Below are positions 36,839-50,214 of a stretch of 64,000 bases of DNA, in pieces. The stretch lies in contig OZ024752.1 in assembly GCA_964016885.1 (NCBI GenBank), positions 37,820,001 to 37,884,000 of the forward strand, given 5' to 3'. Positions within the stretch are counted from its first letter, which is position 1; each line of letters opens with the position of its first letter. The position numbers were made by a program, and so were the translations under genes. Under the pieces are notes generated by a model. It saw only the letters and a program-made list of their open reading frames with translations. It made no database searches and was not told the origin of the DNA. The DNA is from Eledone cirrhosa. Lineage: Eukaryota.

Positions 36839-39800
36839 TGCTTTTTTTTTTATCCAGCTATAAATCCATTGCTAGTTATTTGCTAATGCTCACTTGGTCC
36901 TTCCATCTCTATACACCTGTATTATTAATTGACAACTGGAAAGGTTTATATTCAAATAACTGTGATTTGCAAGAAATTGCTTACCTAATTTTTTATATCT
37001 GACTTTGGTTTCCCTCTAAATAGTATGCTGTTTTTTTTTTGTTTTTTTTTTTAATCCATTTCCTTGGTTGTAAATATTTTTTATAAAAAAAAAAAAAAAA
37101 TCAAGTGTTATCTTTTTTTTTATTTATAATAATTTTTTTTTCTTCTAATCAATGTTTGTTCTATTCTTGATGTGGTTCTCTTACCTGTTATAGTCCCAAG
37201 CTGTGAGAAATCCATCCATCCAACCCATGCCATCATGGAGAGTGAATTTAAAATGATAAAATTGAAAATGCCTGTATCACAATTCCAGTTATGATCACAT
37301 CTTTGTCCTTTTGTATTGTCCAATGTGTTCTTAAGATGGTAGGAATTAAATGTATTGTCCTCGTATGTAAGACCTCTTGGGTCAGTGTAATTGGTAAAGT
37401 AGACAGTTGAAAACGCGGATTAGTACAATAGTCAGATATTGAAACAATATCTTGTCCTCGTATATATATATGTGAGGTCTCTTGGGATTGCAACTGTCTG
37501 ATGATATCCACATCAGACATCTGTGATTGTCATGGTTACAAGGCTATAGATCCACTCATTAGAGCCAGATCAACATATTCTTGATAAACACTGACACAAG
37601 TACAAGTAATCAACTACTGCAAGTATAAACGTGCAGCATGGTCATCAATTAGACAGGTATGTTGTATCCAGAATTATATCCTCAATCAAACTGTGGTATA
37701 TCCATAACCAAACAGGTATGGTATATCCACAACCAGACAGGCGTGGTGTATCCAGAACTAGACTAAGGTGTAGTATATCTAGAACTATATACACAACCAG
37801 GCAGAGGCAAGGTATATCCAGAACCATGCAAAGGCATGGTATATACAGAGCTATATCCAGAACTATATTTGGTAACTACCCATGTGCTATATGTCTGCTC
37901 ATGGCTGTATGAATTGTTTTTTGTTTTAAATCTCCCTATTCATTATATATTTTTCTAAAAAAAAAGTCTCATATATATATATATGTATATATATATATAA
38001 AAACATTCTCAAGACTCAAGAAACAAAAATAATTTAACATCTTAAAATAACATTTATATAATTATTGGTGAAGATTTTATAGAAATTGATGAAGTTCAAA
38101 AGTTTGTGAAATGTTTATTAGCAAATGTTTTTAAAATCAGGCACAAATAAATAGACAGCATATTCAGGATAAAAGAGTTGCAAGGGGGAGACAAATGCTA
38201 AGACTTATGAAAAATCTATTTACAAGAAAACTTCCTCTATTAGTGAGTTGAACATTGGGATGAAATAGAAAGAAACTTAAAACCTGTCAAACTAAATCTG
38301 ATCTAATTTTGATATTTGATTATAAATATTTTGCTAACAGCCTTGAAATAGTCGTAATTCTGCCCCCATCTCCACTTCATTTTGCCTTCAAACTTTCTAT
38401 TCTACAATAAATGAAGAGAATCTCAGCAGCAAAATTCATGTAAATCTAGCATTCTTATGTCTTGTAGTGACTGGAAAATATTTTAAAATTCCTATATTAA
38501 AGGGTTTCACTTGAAACATTAAAAAAGTATTTCCCTTTTTTCCTTTTGTGTTAGCAGAAATATTTTTTTCATAGTTGTTAAAATATTAGAAATGCAGTAG
38601 TACAAAATGAAATATTAAGAGTAAGGATTTTTTTTGTAGTTGCTTAGCCAGGAGGAAGGGCCATGCTACAACCCTTCTCGGGGCTTCAGGACTGATGAGA
38701 GAGAGAGAGGAAGTAAAGTATCTTCAAACTAGAGACCTGGCCCAAATACTTGCAACAGAATGGACTCCATTAAAGGCACCCAAGTGTAAAGTAGTGGTGT
38801 TAAATTGGGTGATAGATTTTATGTCTACCATGTAAGTGGACCATAGCGAGATTTGGAGCTGAGAATGCGAAGAACAGGAACATATACTGCAAGACATCTC
38901 GTGTAATGTTTTAATGAATCCGCCAACTTCGCACTTTATCAATTATAGAAAGACAAACAGCAAAGTTGTCATTGATGGGATTTGAACTCAGAATGCCAGG
39001 AACTGAATTAAATACAAAGTATTTCATTCAATGTTTGACTGCTTCTGCCAACTCAAGTGGAACAGAATCTTTTTTTTTTGTCTTGTGTCAATTCAAGTGA
39101 AACATTGTTTTGTTTTTTTGTATATAAATGAAATTTGGTAAAATATAGATACTATGTTAATCAGGAAACTAAGGACTTGTAGTAAATATTCAGCAATGTA
39201 GGAGGTAGGTAGCAAATTGGCAGAGTCGTTAGAATGTTGGATTAAATGCTTTGCAGTATTTGTTCCAGTTATCTGCTCTCTGAATTGAAATCCCACTGAG
39301 GTCAACTTGGCCTTTCATCCATTCAAGATCGATAAAAAAAAATGTACCAGTCAAATACTGGGATCGATTGTTCCTCACTTTCTACCCTTTGAAATAAATC
39401 TACTGTATTCAGACCTGGAGAGGGGATGGGTTCTGCCAGGTTTTAAAATGCCCTAGAAATGCTGTATATCAATACAGAACCCCCATAACTCCAATAGAAG
39501 TTATGGGACTATACATGCCATGTATGCATGTAGGAGCCAACAATAACATTAAAGACCACTAGGGATTGTCAGGTTTTTTAGTAACAACAAAACACACCAA
39601 TAGAAAGTTGGGGTTTTCTTTCTTTTCCTTTAATATCTTATGAAAATGAATGTTAAAATAACGTAGTTACTATTAAGGCACTTTAAATATCTATCAATCG
39701 TAAATTAAGGGGGAGAGAGAGACAAATTGACAACATCAGTTGGCAATGCAATCAGCAGGTACACATTGTAGAGTGTCACATATCGATAATATAAGATCAA

Positions 39801-41113
39801 ATAATTGTGATAGCATCAATGTGGATCTTTTAACGCTTTAGCATTTACATCACACTATATTTATTATTGTATTTTCATGTTAAAGGCTTTACTTCACATA
39901 ATATTGAATCTGATATTTTGAGAACAATACCTTAACATCAGTATGTGTGACTGGTTACAGCTGTTTTGAACATTGTATACTAACCCAATCTATTAACCTT
40001 ATTGTCATCAACAGCTGAGATTCTACTGGGAATATGTACAGAGGGTAACATGAAGACAACTCTCAACTAGTTTGAATGTTTAAGAAAAAAAAAAAACATA
40101 CAAAAAAAAAAAAACATCAAAACAAAATGAAAGTCTTCATGAAAATAAATTTTCAAAGATGGCTTCAAAATATGGACAGTAAGTTATATAAGATAAACAC
40201 AAGTCAAGTAAAGAGAAATGTGTAAGTATAATCTTGATTTATTCAGCACATGTCATAAGACAGTTGGTCAGCAGTCATGTATGTTAATCAATAGGTATTG
40301 GGATTTTTTTTGTTAATGGAAAAAAAAAAAAAAAGAAAGAAAATAAAAAATGAAATAAAAACAAGTTAAATGGCCCAAACTCAAATATCAAATGATTATC
40401 ACAGTCATACATTTAGATATAAAATATAAGGAACAGCCATCTTGTATAGGATGGTCTGAAATTATGACAAGCTTACTACACTCAACAGAAAATAAATAAG
40501 AGATTTTTATGCTTTGAAGATTCAGAAAGCATCTAAATATCATTTAACCCTTTCCCCATTCCCACCCACCCCCAAAAACGAAAAAAAAAGAAGAAAAAAA
40601 AAAAAAAGATTTTACTAAATGCATAAGGATTTTCTTTTTTTTGGCTGTTGTTGAAACAATAGTTTTAAATGCTTTGAGTTAAAAAAGGCCAATGTGAAAT
40701 TAAATTTATTGTTGGTTTGTGATAACAAAATTTGGGGAACTATTACAAATACCAGTTTAATGATTAAAAAAAAAAATGAGATAGTGGGATTGAGAAACCA
40801 TTTTTCTTTTTCTTTTATTTCTTTTTTTTTTTACAAAGGGATTTGTTGGCAAACTACAATCGAGAATAAAAGAAAATGGAAATACATAGAAATTCCTGTA
40901 GATTTATAAATAGTTTGAGCAAAGGGAACTGGTTGTTATGGCAACTAATTCCAAAAATGTTCAAATATTTAAATATAAGTTTAAGATTAAAAAAAAATAA
41001 ACTAAAAAGATAAATAAAAAGCTCATTTTGAGCAAAGTTGAGTCAATCATTTTATATTTTCATACAGTCTTGAATCTCATTTCAAAAGATTTGACAACCT
41101 TTAAAAGTTCCAG

Positions 41114-41249
41114 TTAAACTAAATTTATGACAAATGTCCAGTCGAGTGAATGATTAGACCAAGATCTCTTTCTTGTCTTATCTGGTCTCTCTTTCAAATC
41201 AACTTCAGCTGAATAGATTTTAGTTAATCTATCCAACGAGAAAAATCCA
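41114..41249 (-). CDS. Candidate terminal exon of the minus-strand gene
   Basis: Very strong acceptor atttctttttatgcttccttccttttttcag|; reading frame unresolved. Confidence 0.3.
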
Positions 41250-41733
41250 CTGAAAAAAGGAAGGAAGCATAAAAAGAAATATGTTTTTTTTTAAATTTTT
41301 GTACAATGTAAGCTGTGAATGTATGTATGTATGTATGTTACTTGATGCTAAAAATAATGTCATATCTTATGGATAAATTTATTTAAAGATAAATGAAAAA
41401 ATATATTTTATTGTCAAGTTATTAAAACGTATGTATCGTTTTGTCTTCATTTTTTTTTTTTTTTTTTTTTTTTTTTCATATTTTTGTTTTGTCCAGCAAC
41501 AAATAGAAATTTTTAGATCAACTCTAGATGAATTAGTACAGTGAAATGAAAAGGTTTTTGTTTTGACAAGGATTAAATATTGTCCAATTGAATCTTAATG
41601 GGAATGATGGTAGCTAAATTAATCAGCAAAAGTTTAATTAGTAAACAGAGATAAAAGAAATCAAATATCTCAATGTAATCAATACACTTATCACAGGCTA
41701 TAGATAATCTCTGAAAGTAACCACTAAGCCATA

Positions 41734-41974
41734 TACCGTATATACCCGAATATAAGTTGATCTGAATATAAGCTAACCGACCACCCCCTCTAATTTATGT
41801 CTGAGAAAAGGGGAAAAAATCCAAACCCCATTTATAAGCTGAGACAGCTAATAAACAAATTGTTTAAATGGCGGATATAAGCCAACCGTGGCCCCCCCAT
41901 TTTACCATTGGTATTTTTTTGCTTTTTTTTTTGGTCATACATTCCTCAACTTATATTTGGGTATCTATATGGTA
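41734..41974. mobile_element. Tc1/mariner-pogo-type MITE (TA-CCGTATATAC.CGAATATAAG termini); relatives at 10152-10297, 42855-43100, 34618-34790
   Basis: Terminal inverted repeats flanked by TA. Confidence 0.65.
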
Positions 41975-43399
41975 TATCTTCATAGTTTAACCCTTTAGCA
42001 TTTCCATTACTCTATATTTATTATTGTATTTTCACAGTAAACACATTATTTCACATAATATCGAATCTATGAGATTTTGATATTTATTTTGAGAACAATA
42101 ACTTAGCATGAGTATGAGCATCCAGTTATGACCGGTTTGAACAGAAAAAGTTGAGAGAATTCTGGCCAGATACGGCCGGTTTAAATGCTAAAGGATTAAG
42201 GTAGTATGAAGATCCATTTTCATGATTGTGATCACCAAGATCTAAAGAAACTCCAATATATATAAAACACAATCATTAATGAGATCACAAGATTTCAGTT
42301 TTGCTTTGTTTTGTATTGTATTGTTTTTTGTGTGTCTTTTTTTTTTTTTAGTCAAATGAATTAAGTGATTAGCTTTATAAAAATTATTTTTACTTTAACT
42401 ATCATAACATGTGAGGTGGGGGTTGGGAGAGAGAGGGCGATCGAGGAAAAAGATAAATAAATTCATATCAAAATAAGTAGGCCTCCTATGAATGGCCAAC
42501 CAAAATAAGTGACATGCGAGGTAAAAATTTAAACTGGGGGGAGTTGGTTGATAATACAACATTGAGCCGAAAAGTCAAAAATTGTGGGGTTGGGGGGGGA
42601 GCTCCAAGTAAAGAATTTAACGTGATATGAAAACTTCATGAAAATTGGAATGTTTCGTTAAAGAAAAAAAAGGGGGGGGGGGGGGACAAAACATTTGTTT
42701 TTTTGGGGGTTGTTTGTCTTTTAGAATTGATTCTTTTTTTTCTTTCTTTTTTCTTTTCAGAATTGACAGAATTTATGACCAACAAATCAGAATTGTTGTT
42801 GGAAAACAAATTTAGATTTAAACCTTGCACTTCTTTTCTTTGGCAATAATAATATACCGTATATACTTGAATATAAGCCGGCCCCACTATTTTATGTCTG
42901 AGAAATTAGCCAAAATAATCCAAACCTTATTTATGTAGAATTTCAAGTTGGTGAAAATTGACAAAATATTGACCCTGAATGAATATAAGCTGACCAACCC
43001 AACCCAAACCCGCCCCTTGCTCCTGCTACCATTGATATTTTTTTTTTGGAGGGGGGATTACATATTCCTTGGCTTGGCTTATATTCAAATCTATACGGTA
43101 TATTAGTTTAAAAACTTGAGAAATAAAAATGGAGAACAAATAGGTTTCAAAAGAATCAAATGTATTGGACTTTTGACAATTTTAAATGAAAATATGATTT
43201 CAAGTAAAGTGTCTTGTGATCCTTTATAGAGAAGATGATTCGGAAATCAGTAACGGTTCGGGTACATTCTTGCTGCAATAAAAAGGAAGAGGTATTTCAA
43301 TGAGTTATAATCATAGCTGAGTATTCTATGTTAAAGTGTATTTTAGGATAGAGAAGCTTGCATAAGTAAACAACTTCAAATGTATTGGGGGTTGTGTGT

Positions 43400-44190
43400 G
43401 TAATTTGTAAATACCTAAATATGTGTGTGTGCCTGCATCTGGGTTTGTGTGTGCGCCCATCTGTATGTGTGAGTGTGTGCGCCTGTGGGTGTGCTCCTGT
43501 GTGTGCTTGTGTGGATGTGTGCCTGTGTGCTTGTGAGCGTGTGCACCTGTGTGTGTCTGTGCGCCTGAGTGTGTGTGTGCACCTGTATGAATGTGTGTCT
43601 GTGTGTGTACATGCATCTTTGTGTCGTCCGTCAATGTGTACATCATCTGTGTGTATGTTTGTGTGGTATGTGTGGTGTGTGTGTGTATGTGTGGTGTGTG
43701 TATGCATGTGTGGTATGTATGTGTGGTGTGTGTATGAGTGGTATGTGTATGCATGTGTTGTGTGGTGTGTGTGTGCTATGTGAGGTGTGTGTGTGGTATG
43801 TGTATGTGTATGGTGTGTGTGGTATGTGTGTGTGTGTGGTGTGTATGCATGTGTGGTGTGTGTATGTGTGTGGTGTGTATGTGTGTGTGTGGTATGTGCG
43901 TAAATGTATGTGTGTGTGTGTGGTATGTGTATGGTGTGTGTGGTATGTGCGTGGGGTGTGTATGTACGTGGTATGTGTGTGGTGTGTGTATGTGTATGGT
44001 GTGTGTGGTGTGTGTGTGTATGTGTGGTGTGCTATGTGAGGTGTGTGTGTGGTATGGTGTGTGTGGTGTGTGGGGTGCGTGTGGTATATGTGTATATGTG
44101 TGTGTGTGTGGTGTGTATGCATGTGTGGTGTGTGTATGTGTGTGGTGTGTGTATGTGTGTGATATGTGTGGTGTGTGTGGTATGTATCTA
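43400..44190. repeat. Degenerate (TG)n-rich compound microsatellite
   Basis: Direct reading. Confidence 0.95.
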
Positions 44191-44721
44191 TCATAATATA
44201 ACAAAGGGAAGAGTGTGGAACTGTCTTGAATATATTTTTTTTGTTGGATTACTTTGAATAAACAAGGAATGAATATTACATAATTTAAGTATTAAATGTT
44301 GTAACTCTCGATTCAATATAAATAATTGTTTCTACTTTTGTGAATTATCCCAGTGCATTACTGGTACTTTATTTTATCGACCCCGTAAGGATGAAAGGCA
44401 AAGTTAACCTCGGCGGGATTTGAACTCAGATCGTAAAGGGCCGTAACTCTTTGCGGCAAAGCATGGGGTTCGACCCTCTACCGATACTGCCAATCCACCG
44501 CCAATCCATCGATTAAATATAAATAATATTATTGCTTATTACAAGATTCGCTTCTATTAAAAGCTTCAAATTTCGACAAATTTCAATACTTCTGGTATAT
44601 CGCTGCAGCCACCAGCAGCACTTCACGTATTGTATCTATTATATATATAAACAGAGTAAGAAAGAGAGAGCGTGATGAGAGAGATAAGGGTAGATAGATA
44701 GACTAGACTAGACTATGTGAC

Positions 44722-45360
<639 letters not shown>

Positions 45361-45361
45361 A

Positions 45362-45555
45362 AAAAGGTATGACTCCGACGGCAGAGCTCAAGCCATTTCG
45401 ACGGCTATTTCTGGACAGTCCAGAAATAGCCGTCGAAACGGCTTGAGCTCTGCCGCCGGAGTCATACCTTTTCCTATTACCCACTCTACTACCCTAAGTA
45501 TTGAGTACTCTGGTGCATTATGGTCCATCTGGTTCCTTACCACAATTCCTTCATT
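45362..45555. mobile_element. 111-bp palindrome plus ~80-bp tail in a (TA)n tract; second copy at 63560-63762
   Basis: Near-perfect inverted repeat centred on 45417; shared tail cctattacccactctactaccctaagtattgagtac...ggttccttaccaca. Confidence 0.8.
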
Positions 45556-45623
45556 ATATATATATAATAATATATATATATATATATATATAATGAAGGA
45601 ATTGTGGTAAGGAACCAGATGGA

Positions 45624-45688
<65 letters not shown>

Positions 45689-45749
45689 GAAGTAATTCCG
45701 TCGGAAAGGTACAGGAAAAAAAGAGTGCTCTATGTAGGTTACAGAGCTT

Positions 45750-46040
45750 ATTAGTTATGTAATAAATAACATAAGACAACCATTTCACCCACCAGAGGTC
45801 TCCTGAAAGCAGATATTTATATCTACCCTCAGCCGTTAGAATGAATAAAAACATGGTGTTTTTATTAAATATGGATTTGAAAACAAAAATATTTAAGAAA
45901 TCCATATTTTCAAATCCATATTTAATAAAAACACCATATTTTTATTCATTCTAACGGCCGAGGGCAGATATAAATATCTGCTTTCAGGAGACCCCTGGTG
46001 GATGAAATGGTTGTCTTATGTTGTTTATTACATAACTAAT
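45750..46040. repeat. Inverted repeat, ~134-bp arms, ~23-bp spacer, between (TA)n tracts
   Basis: attagttatgtaataa...ggatttgaaaa versus ttttcaaatcc...ttattacataactaat. Confidence 0.85.
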
Positions 46041-46123
46041 ATATATATAAAATATATATAAAATGATGATGATGATGATTATTACATAACTAATATATAT
46101 ATATAAAATGATGATGATGATGA

Positions 46124-46182
<59 letters not shown>

Positions 46183-46276
46183 GAAAAATTGAACAGGGAC
46201 AGAACAGAGAGGCAGTACGATAAATGTTTATTAAATTCACGCTCAGGAGAGTGGGGGGTAGGTGGGGGACGACGTT

Positions 46277-46311
<35 letters not shown>

Positions 46312-46629
46312 AGAGAGAGAGAGAGAGAGAGAGATAAAGATGAAGAGATTAGGACGTTTTTCAACACCCTGGCATGTATGTGCATATACATACATTTATA
46401 TGTATGAGTATATAACTAATCGCGCAAACACCAGACACACTTACAAAAAAATACACTCACAGACATACTTTCACACAAACACACACATACATTTATACAA
46501 ACACACACACACATACATACATTTATACAAACACACACATACACATACAGTCATGATAGCAGCATTCAATAAATTTGGAAACAGGAAGGTAAAATGAAGT
46601 ATAACCTTTTATTTTTTTTTTTAAATCAT

Positions 46630-47640
46630 AAACTGTTGTCATATTTACAAAAATGATATGCGATGGGGCCCACCCATAGCCCCGGAGGACAGAATGGAGA
46701 AGGCGTTTCCCCGGAGGGGCGTCAAGGGAGACGCACTGGAAAAGCCACTCCAACTCATGGAGCTCACACCTGCGGCTGGCCAGCTCAGCGCCTATGGTGA
46801 TGAGTAAGGAGGTAGCCCTGGGGGCCGAGGACACCAGAAGTCTCCATTGCTAGGGGTACGGCCGCAAACCTGTCGGAGAGCGACCGGTATTTGAGGAGTT
46901 TAGCCTCTTCAGCCCGACGTGCAGCAGAACCTGGGTCAGTCGCAGACTGCACCGGGTTGCGACTGCAGTAAGTGTCGGTGCAAGTGGCATCCCAGACGAG
47001 GGGTTAGCCACTGCAGAATGAGAAGATAGTCATGCCATCTCGCCTTTTGCCGTCCCCTCGATCCAGCCCCACCGGCTCGAGAGCAGGTAATACACACATC
47101 TAGGGCCACATACAACAAAAGGCACTTCAAAAGGGGTGGAGAAACGAGCTGCTACCAGAGCAAAAGATAACAATATAGCGAGGAGCACTGGAAAACCTCT
47201 CTAATAATTTTTGAGGCAAGCCAGCACGTTCACAGCGTTACTTCTGGTGAAGGCGAGGCTGAGGTGCTGGAACAACCATGCACCCACACGAGCATCACCA
47301 GTTAACTCAGTCGAGCCGCCATTGAAAATAAGAACCTCGCTGTCAGTATTCCGACTCACCCAAACGTCTCGAAAACAGGCCGGAAAATGCAGTTAGCCAA
47401 CAGATGAGGGTATTTTAGGATTTTGTTCTGTTCAACTGCGGATGCTGTAGCCCTTGCCCTTACCACTGCATCCAGGATGTGGGAAGAAGCAAAAGAGTTA
47501 CTAACTGTGACGTCCCAGATAAGGCACCTGCCTCTTGACCAGGAACACAGAGTAAGACCGTCAGGTCCATCAATTCTGGACAACCCAGGCGGTTCTAAAA
47601 TTGAGGGGATGTTTGCCTGGGCCAAAGTTCTTAAGTGGTA
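46630..47640 (-). mobile_element. Decayed non-LTR retrotransposon fragments with restriction-like (REL) endonuclease (CRE/NeSL-type)
   Basis: EPPGLSRIDG.PDGLTL..WSRGRCLIWDVTV.NSFA (47355-47640) and a related LVWDATCTDT...AEEAKL.KYR segment (46850-47000). Confidence 0.65.
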
Positions 47641-47829
47641 ATAGGACAGTGTGTGTATGTGCACATGCGTGAGTTTGTTCTTAAATTAGAGACGTGTGTG
47701 TGTCACCTTTTTTAAGTTAGATACATATATGTGTGTTATCCCCTTCCTTCCTTTTACACTCACATACATTCACACAAACACACACACACACATTTTGTGA
47801 TGGATGGTTGGATGGACAGAAGTCACTCA

Positions 47830-48432
47830 AATTTATATACATGTGAATGGAGTTCCACTGAAACAGGTAGAGAAGTTCAAGTATCTCAGGGCCGTGTTCA
47901 CGAGTGATAGAAGGCAGGAGGCTGAATTAAGTGCAAGAATTGCAAAAGCTGATGCAGTAATGCACCAGCTTGAGCACTCAGCAATCAGAAGAAGGGAGGT
48001 AGGCATAAAAGCCAAACTCGCTGTCTTCCTGGTATTCCTGCCAACCCTTACCAAGGGTCATGCATCTTGGGTAATGACCGAAAGAATACAATTCCAAATA
48101 CAAGTGTCCGAAATGGGATTCCTCCGAAGGGTCTCTGGAGTCACTCCTGGTAGAGTTGCTACTTTTCCAGATTGAGAGATCACAGCTCCGATACTACGGG
48201 CATGTGGTTAGAAAGAATCACTGGACAGATTTTACAGGCAAAACCAACCACCAAGAGACCCAGAGGTAGACCCTGAGCAAGATAGTTGGATAACATCCAT
48301 GAGCTTGGCTGTTCACGCTTTGGGACCCAGCTGGATCAGTTAGAGATGTTTGCTTCTGACAGACTCGCTGGAAGGAGTGTTTGAGAAGAACTCTACCCCC
48401 ACGGCCTTCTCAGAAATAAGTGGGCGAAGAAG
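47830..48432 (+). mobile_element. Decayed RTE-like LINE fragment (second family)
   Basis: QVEKFKYL...EAELSARIAKA...PTLTKGHASWVMTERI...EMGFLRRVSGVT; 3' end related to 16840-17065, 22010-22225 and 49830-50020. Confidence 0.75.
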
Positions 48433-48700
48433 ATATTGAATCTGTGAGATTTTGATGTCATTTATTTTGAGAACACTACCTTAACATCAGTATGAGTGGC
48501 CAGTTATGGCTGGTTTAACAGAAAGAAGTGAGAGAATTCTGGCTGGATACAGCTGATTTAAATGCTAAAGAGGTCAATGTAATATTACACAGACATTAAA
48601 CAAAACAAAGAAAGAAAAAAACAAAGAAACAAAACAAAGAAAGAAAAAACAAAGAAAAAATTCAAGAAAAAAAAACTCAAATTCAAAACTTGAAACTTAC

Positions 48701-48787
48701 CAAGTGATAAACACAAACAAAAACAGATATTAATGTAAAAAATGTATATAATATCAAACACACACAAACGACAATGGCTTCTAATAA
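48701..48787 (-). CDS. Candidate hydrophobic/Cys-rich (transmembrane-like) exon of the minus-strand gene
   Basis: Strong donor ttg|gtaagt; acceptor at 48787 or 48780; two open frames, both hydrophobic (SHCRLCVFDIIYIFYINICFCLCLSL or AIVVCVCLILYTFFTLISVFVCVYHL). Confidence 0.35.
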
Positions 48788-49339
48788 CTGCTCAGTTGGA
48801 TATGACAAGTATCAATGATGTATCATATATCAGAGTGAAAATGTAGTGTACTACATACAGTTTTCCTGTCTTATGCCAGTGATAAGGTTTCATTTGTAAA
48901 AAGATCAGTGTGTGATATTGCTGCAGATAACCCCACATAAGTAACTCTTTAGCTATTGTATACTATTATACTAAAGGCTTTATCTCACATAATATCGAAT
49001 CTATGAGATTTTGATGTTATTTATTTTGAGAACAATATTTTAACATCAGTATGAGCAGCCAGTTTGAACAGAAAGCGGTGAGGGGATTCTGGCTGGATAC
49101 GGCCAGTTTAAATGCTAAAGGGTTAAGTTAAAATTCATTTGCACATTACCAATAATATTTTTATGCAGTATTGGAATTTCTTCATCCAATAATATATCTA
49201 AATTGATTTTTAAAAATGTTTTCACCCACTAATACTTATGAATATAGTCTTATGAATACCTTCAACAATTAATACTTCTAAATCTATTTTTGATATATTT
49301 CTTCAACTACTGCTTTTTGCCTTGATGTCCCTAAACAAA

Positions 49340-50025
49340 GGCCCTAGTTTTTGCGTTTGGATAAATGGTGCTAAATTGAAACTCCTCAATGTGGGAGTTG
49401 AACTGTCACCTCATCTCTTCATAATCTTTATGAATAGGATTGACACGTGCAGCCGGATTCGAAGTGGTATCATGATCAGTCGGTTGGAATTTGCAGATGA
49501 CATAGTATTACTAAACTCGTCAGAAGGCGATCTGCGACATGCACATGATAATTTTACTGTTGAGTGCTACACAGCTGGAATGTCAACCCTTACCTATAGT
49601 AATCAATCTTGTGTAGTGACCGAAAAAATATGATCATGATTACAAGCAACCGAAAAGTGGTTCCTCCAAAGGGTCTTTTGAGTAACTTTACTCAATAGAG
49701 TGCATAGCTTGCAGATTAGAGGATCACTCCAAGTAGAGCTGCTACTTCTCTGAATTGAAAGATTACAGTTTTGATACTATGGGCAAGTTGTTAAAATCTA
49801 TTCAGCAATTCTTTCCTGAAACATTCTATGGGTAAAACCAACTGGCAGGAGACCCAGGGGTAGACACTGAGCAAGATGATTGGATAACATCCATGAGCTC
49901 TGTTGGTCTTGCTTGGGAATGCAGCTGGCTCAAGAGGAGGCAGTTGCTTCTTACAGGACCAGCTGAATGGACTGTTTGAGGACTCTGACCCCACGACCCT
50001 CTCAGGAACAAGTGGGCAAAGAATT
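49340..50025 (+). mobile_element. Decayed LINE RT fragment
   Basis: LSPHLFIIFMNRI...LEFADDIVLL RT motifs; same 3' end as 48230-48430. Confidence 0.7.
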
Positions 50026-50171
50026 ATAAATATATCTTCTACACAATTTCTCCAATTTCTTCAAGGTCTTGTCCTGTATTGCAGAAAACTGAGTTAATAT
50101 TAAGAGTTAATGAATGCTGGATTATTGATGTGTATGGATTGCTGTAATTATAAATTATGTACTTTAATTAC

Positions 50172-50214
50172 CTTTTGCGAGTGGGTGCCTTCATATTCAT
50201 AATATCTTCTACTC
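50172..50214 (-). CDS. Candidate internal exon of the minus-strand gene
   Basis: ttatctag| ... aag|gtaatt; reads (R)VEDIMNMKAPTRK in phase with the 58605 donor; the alternative frame SRRYYEYEGTHSQK is also open. Confidence 0.35.
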
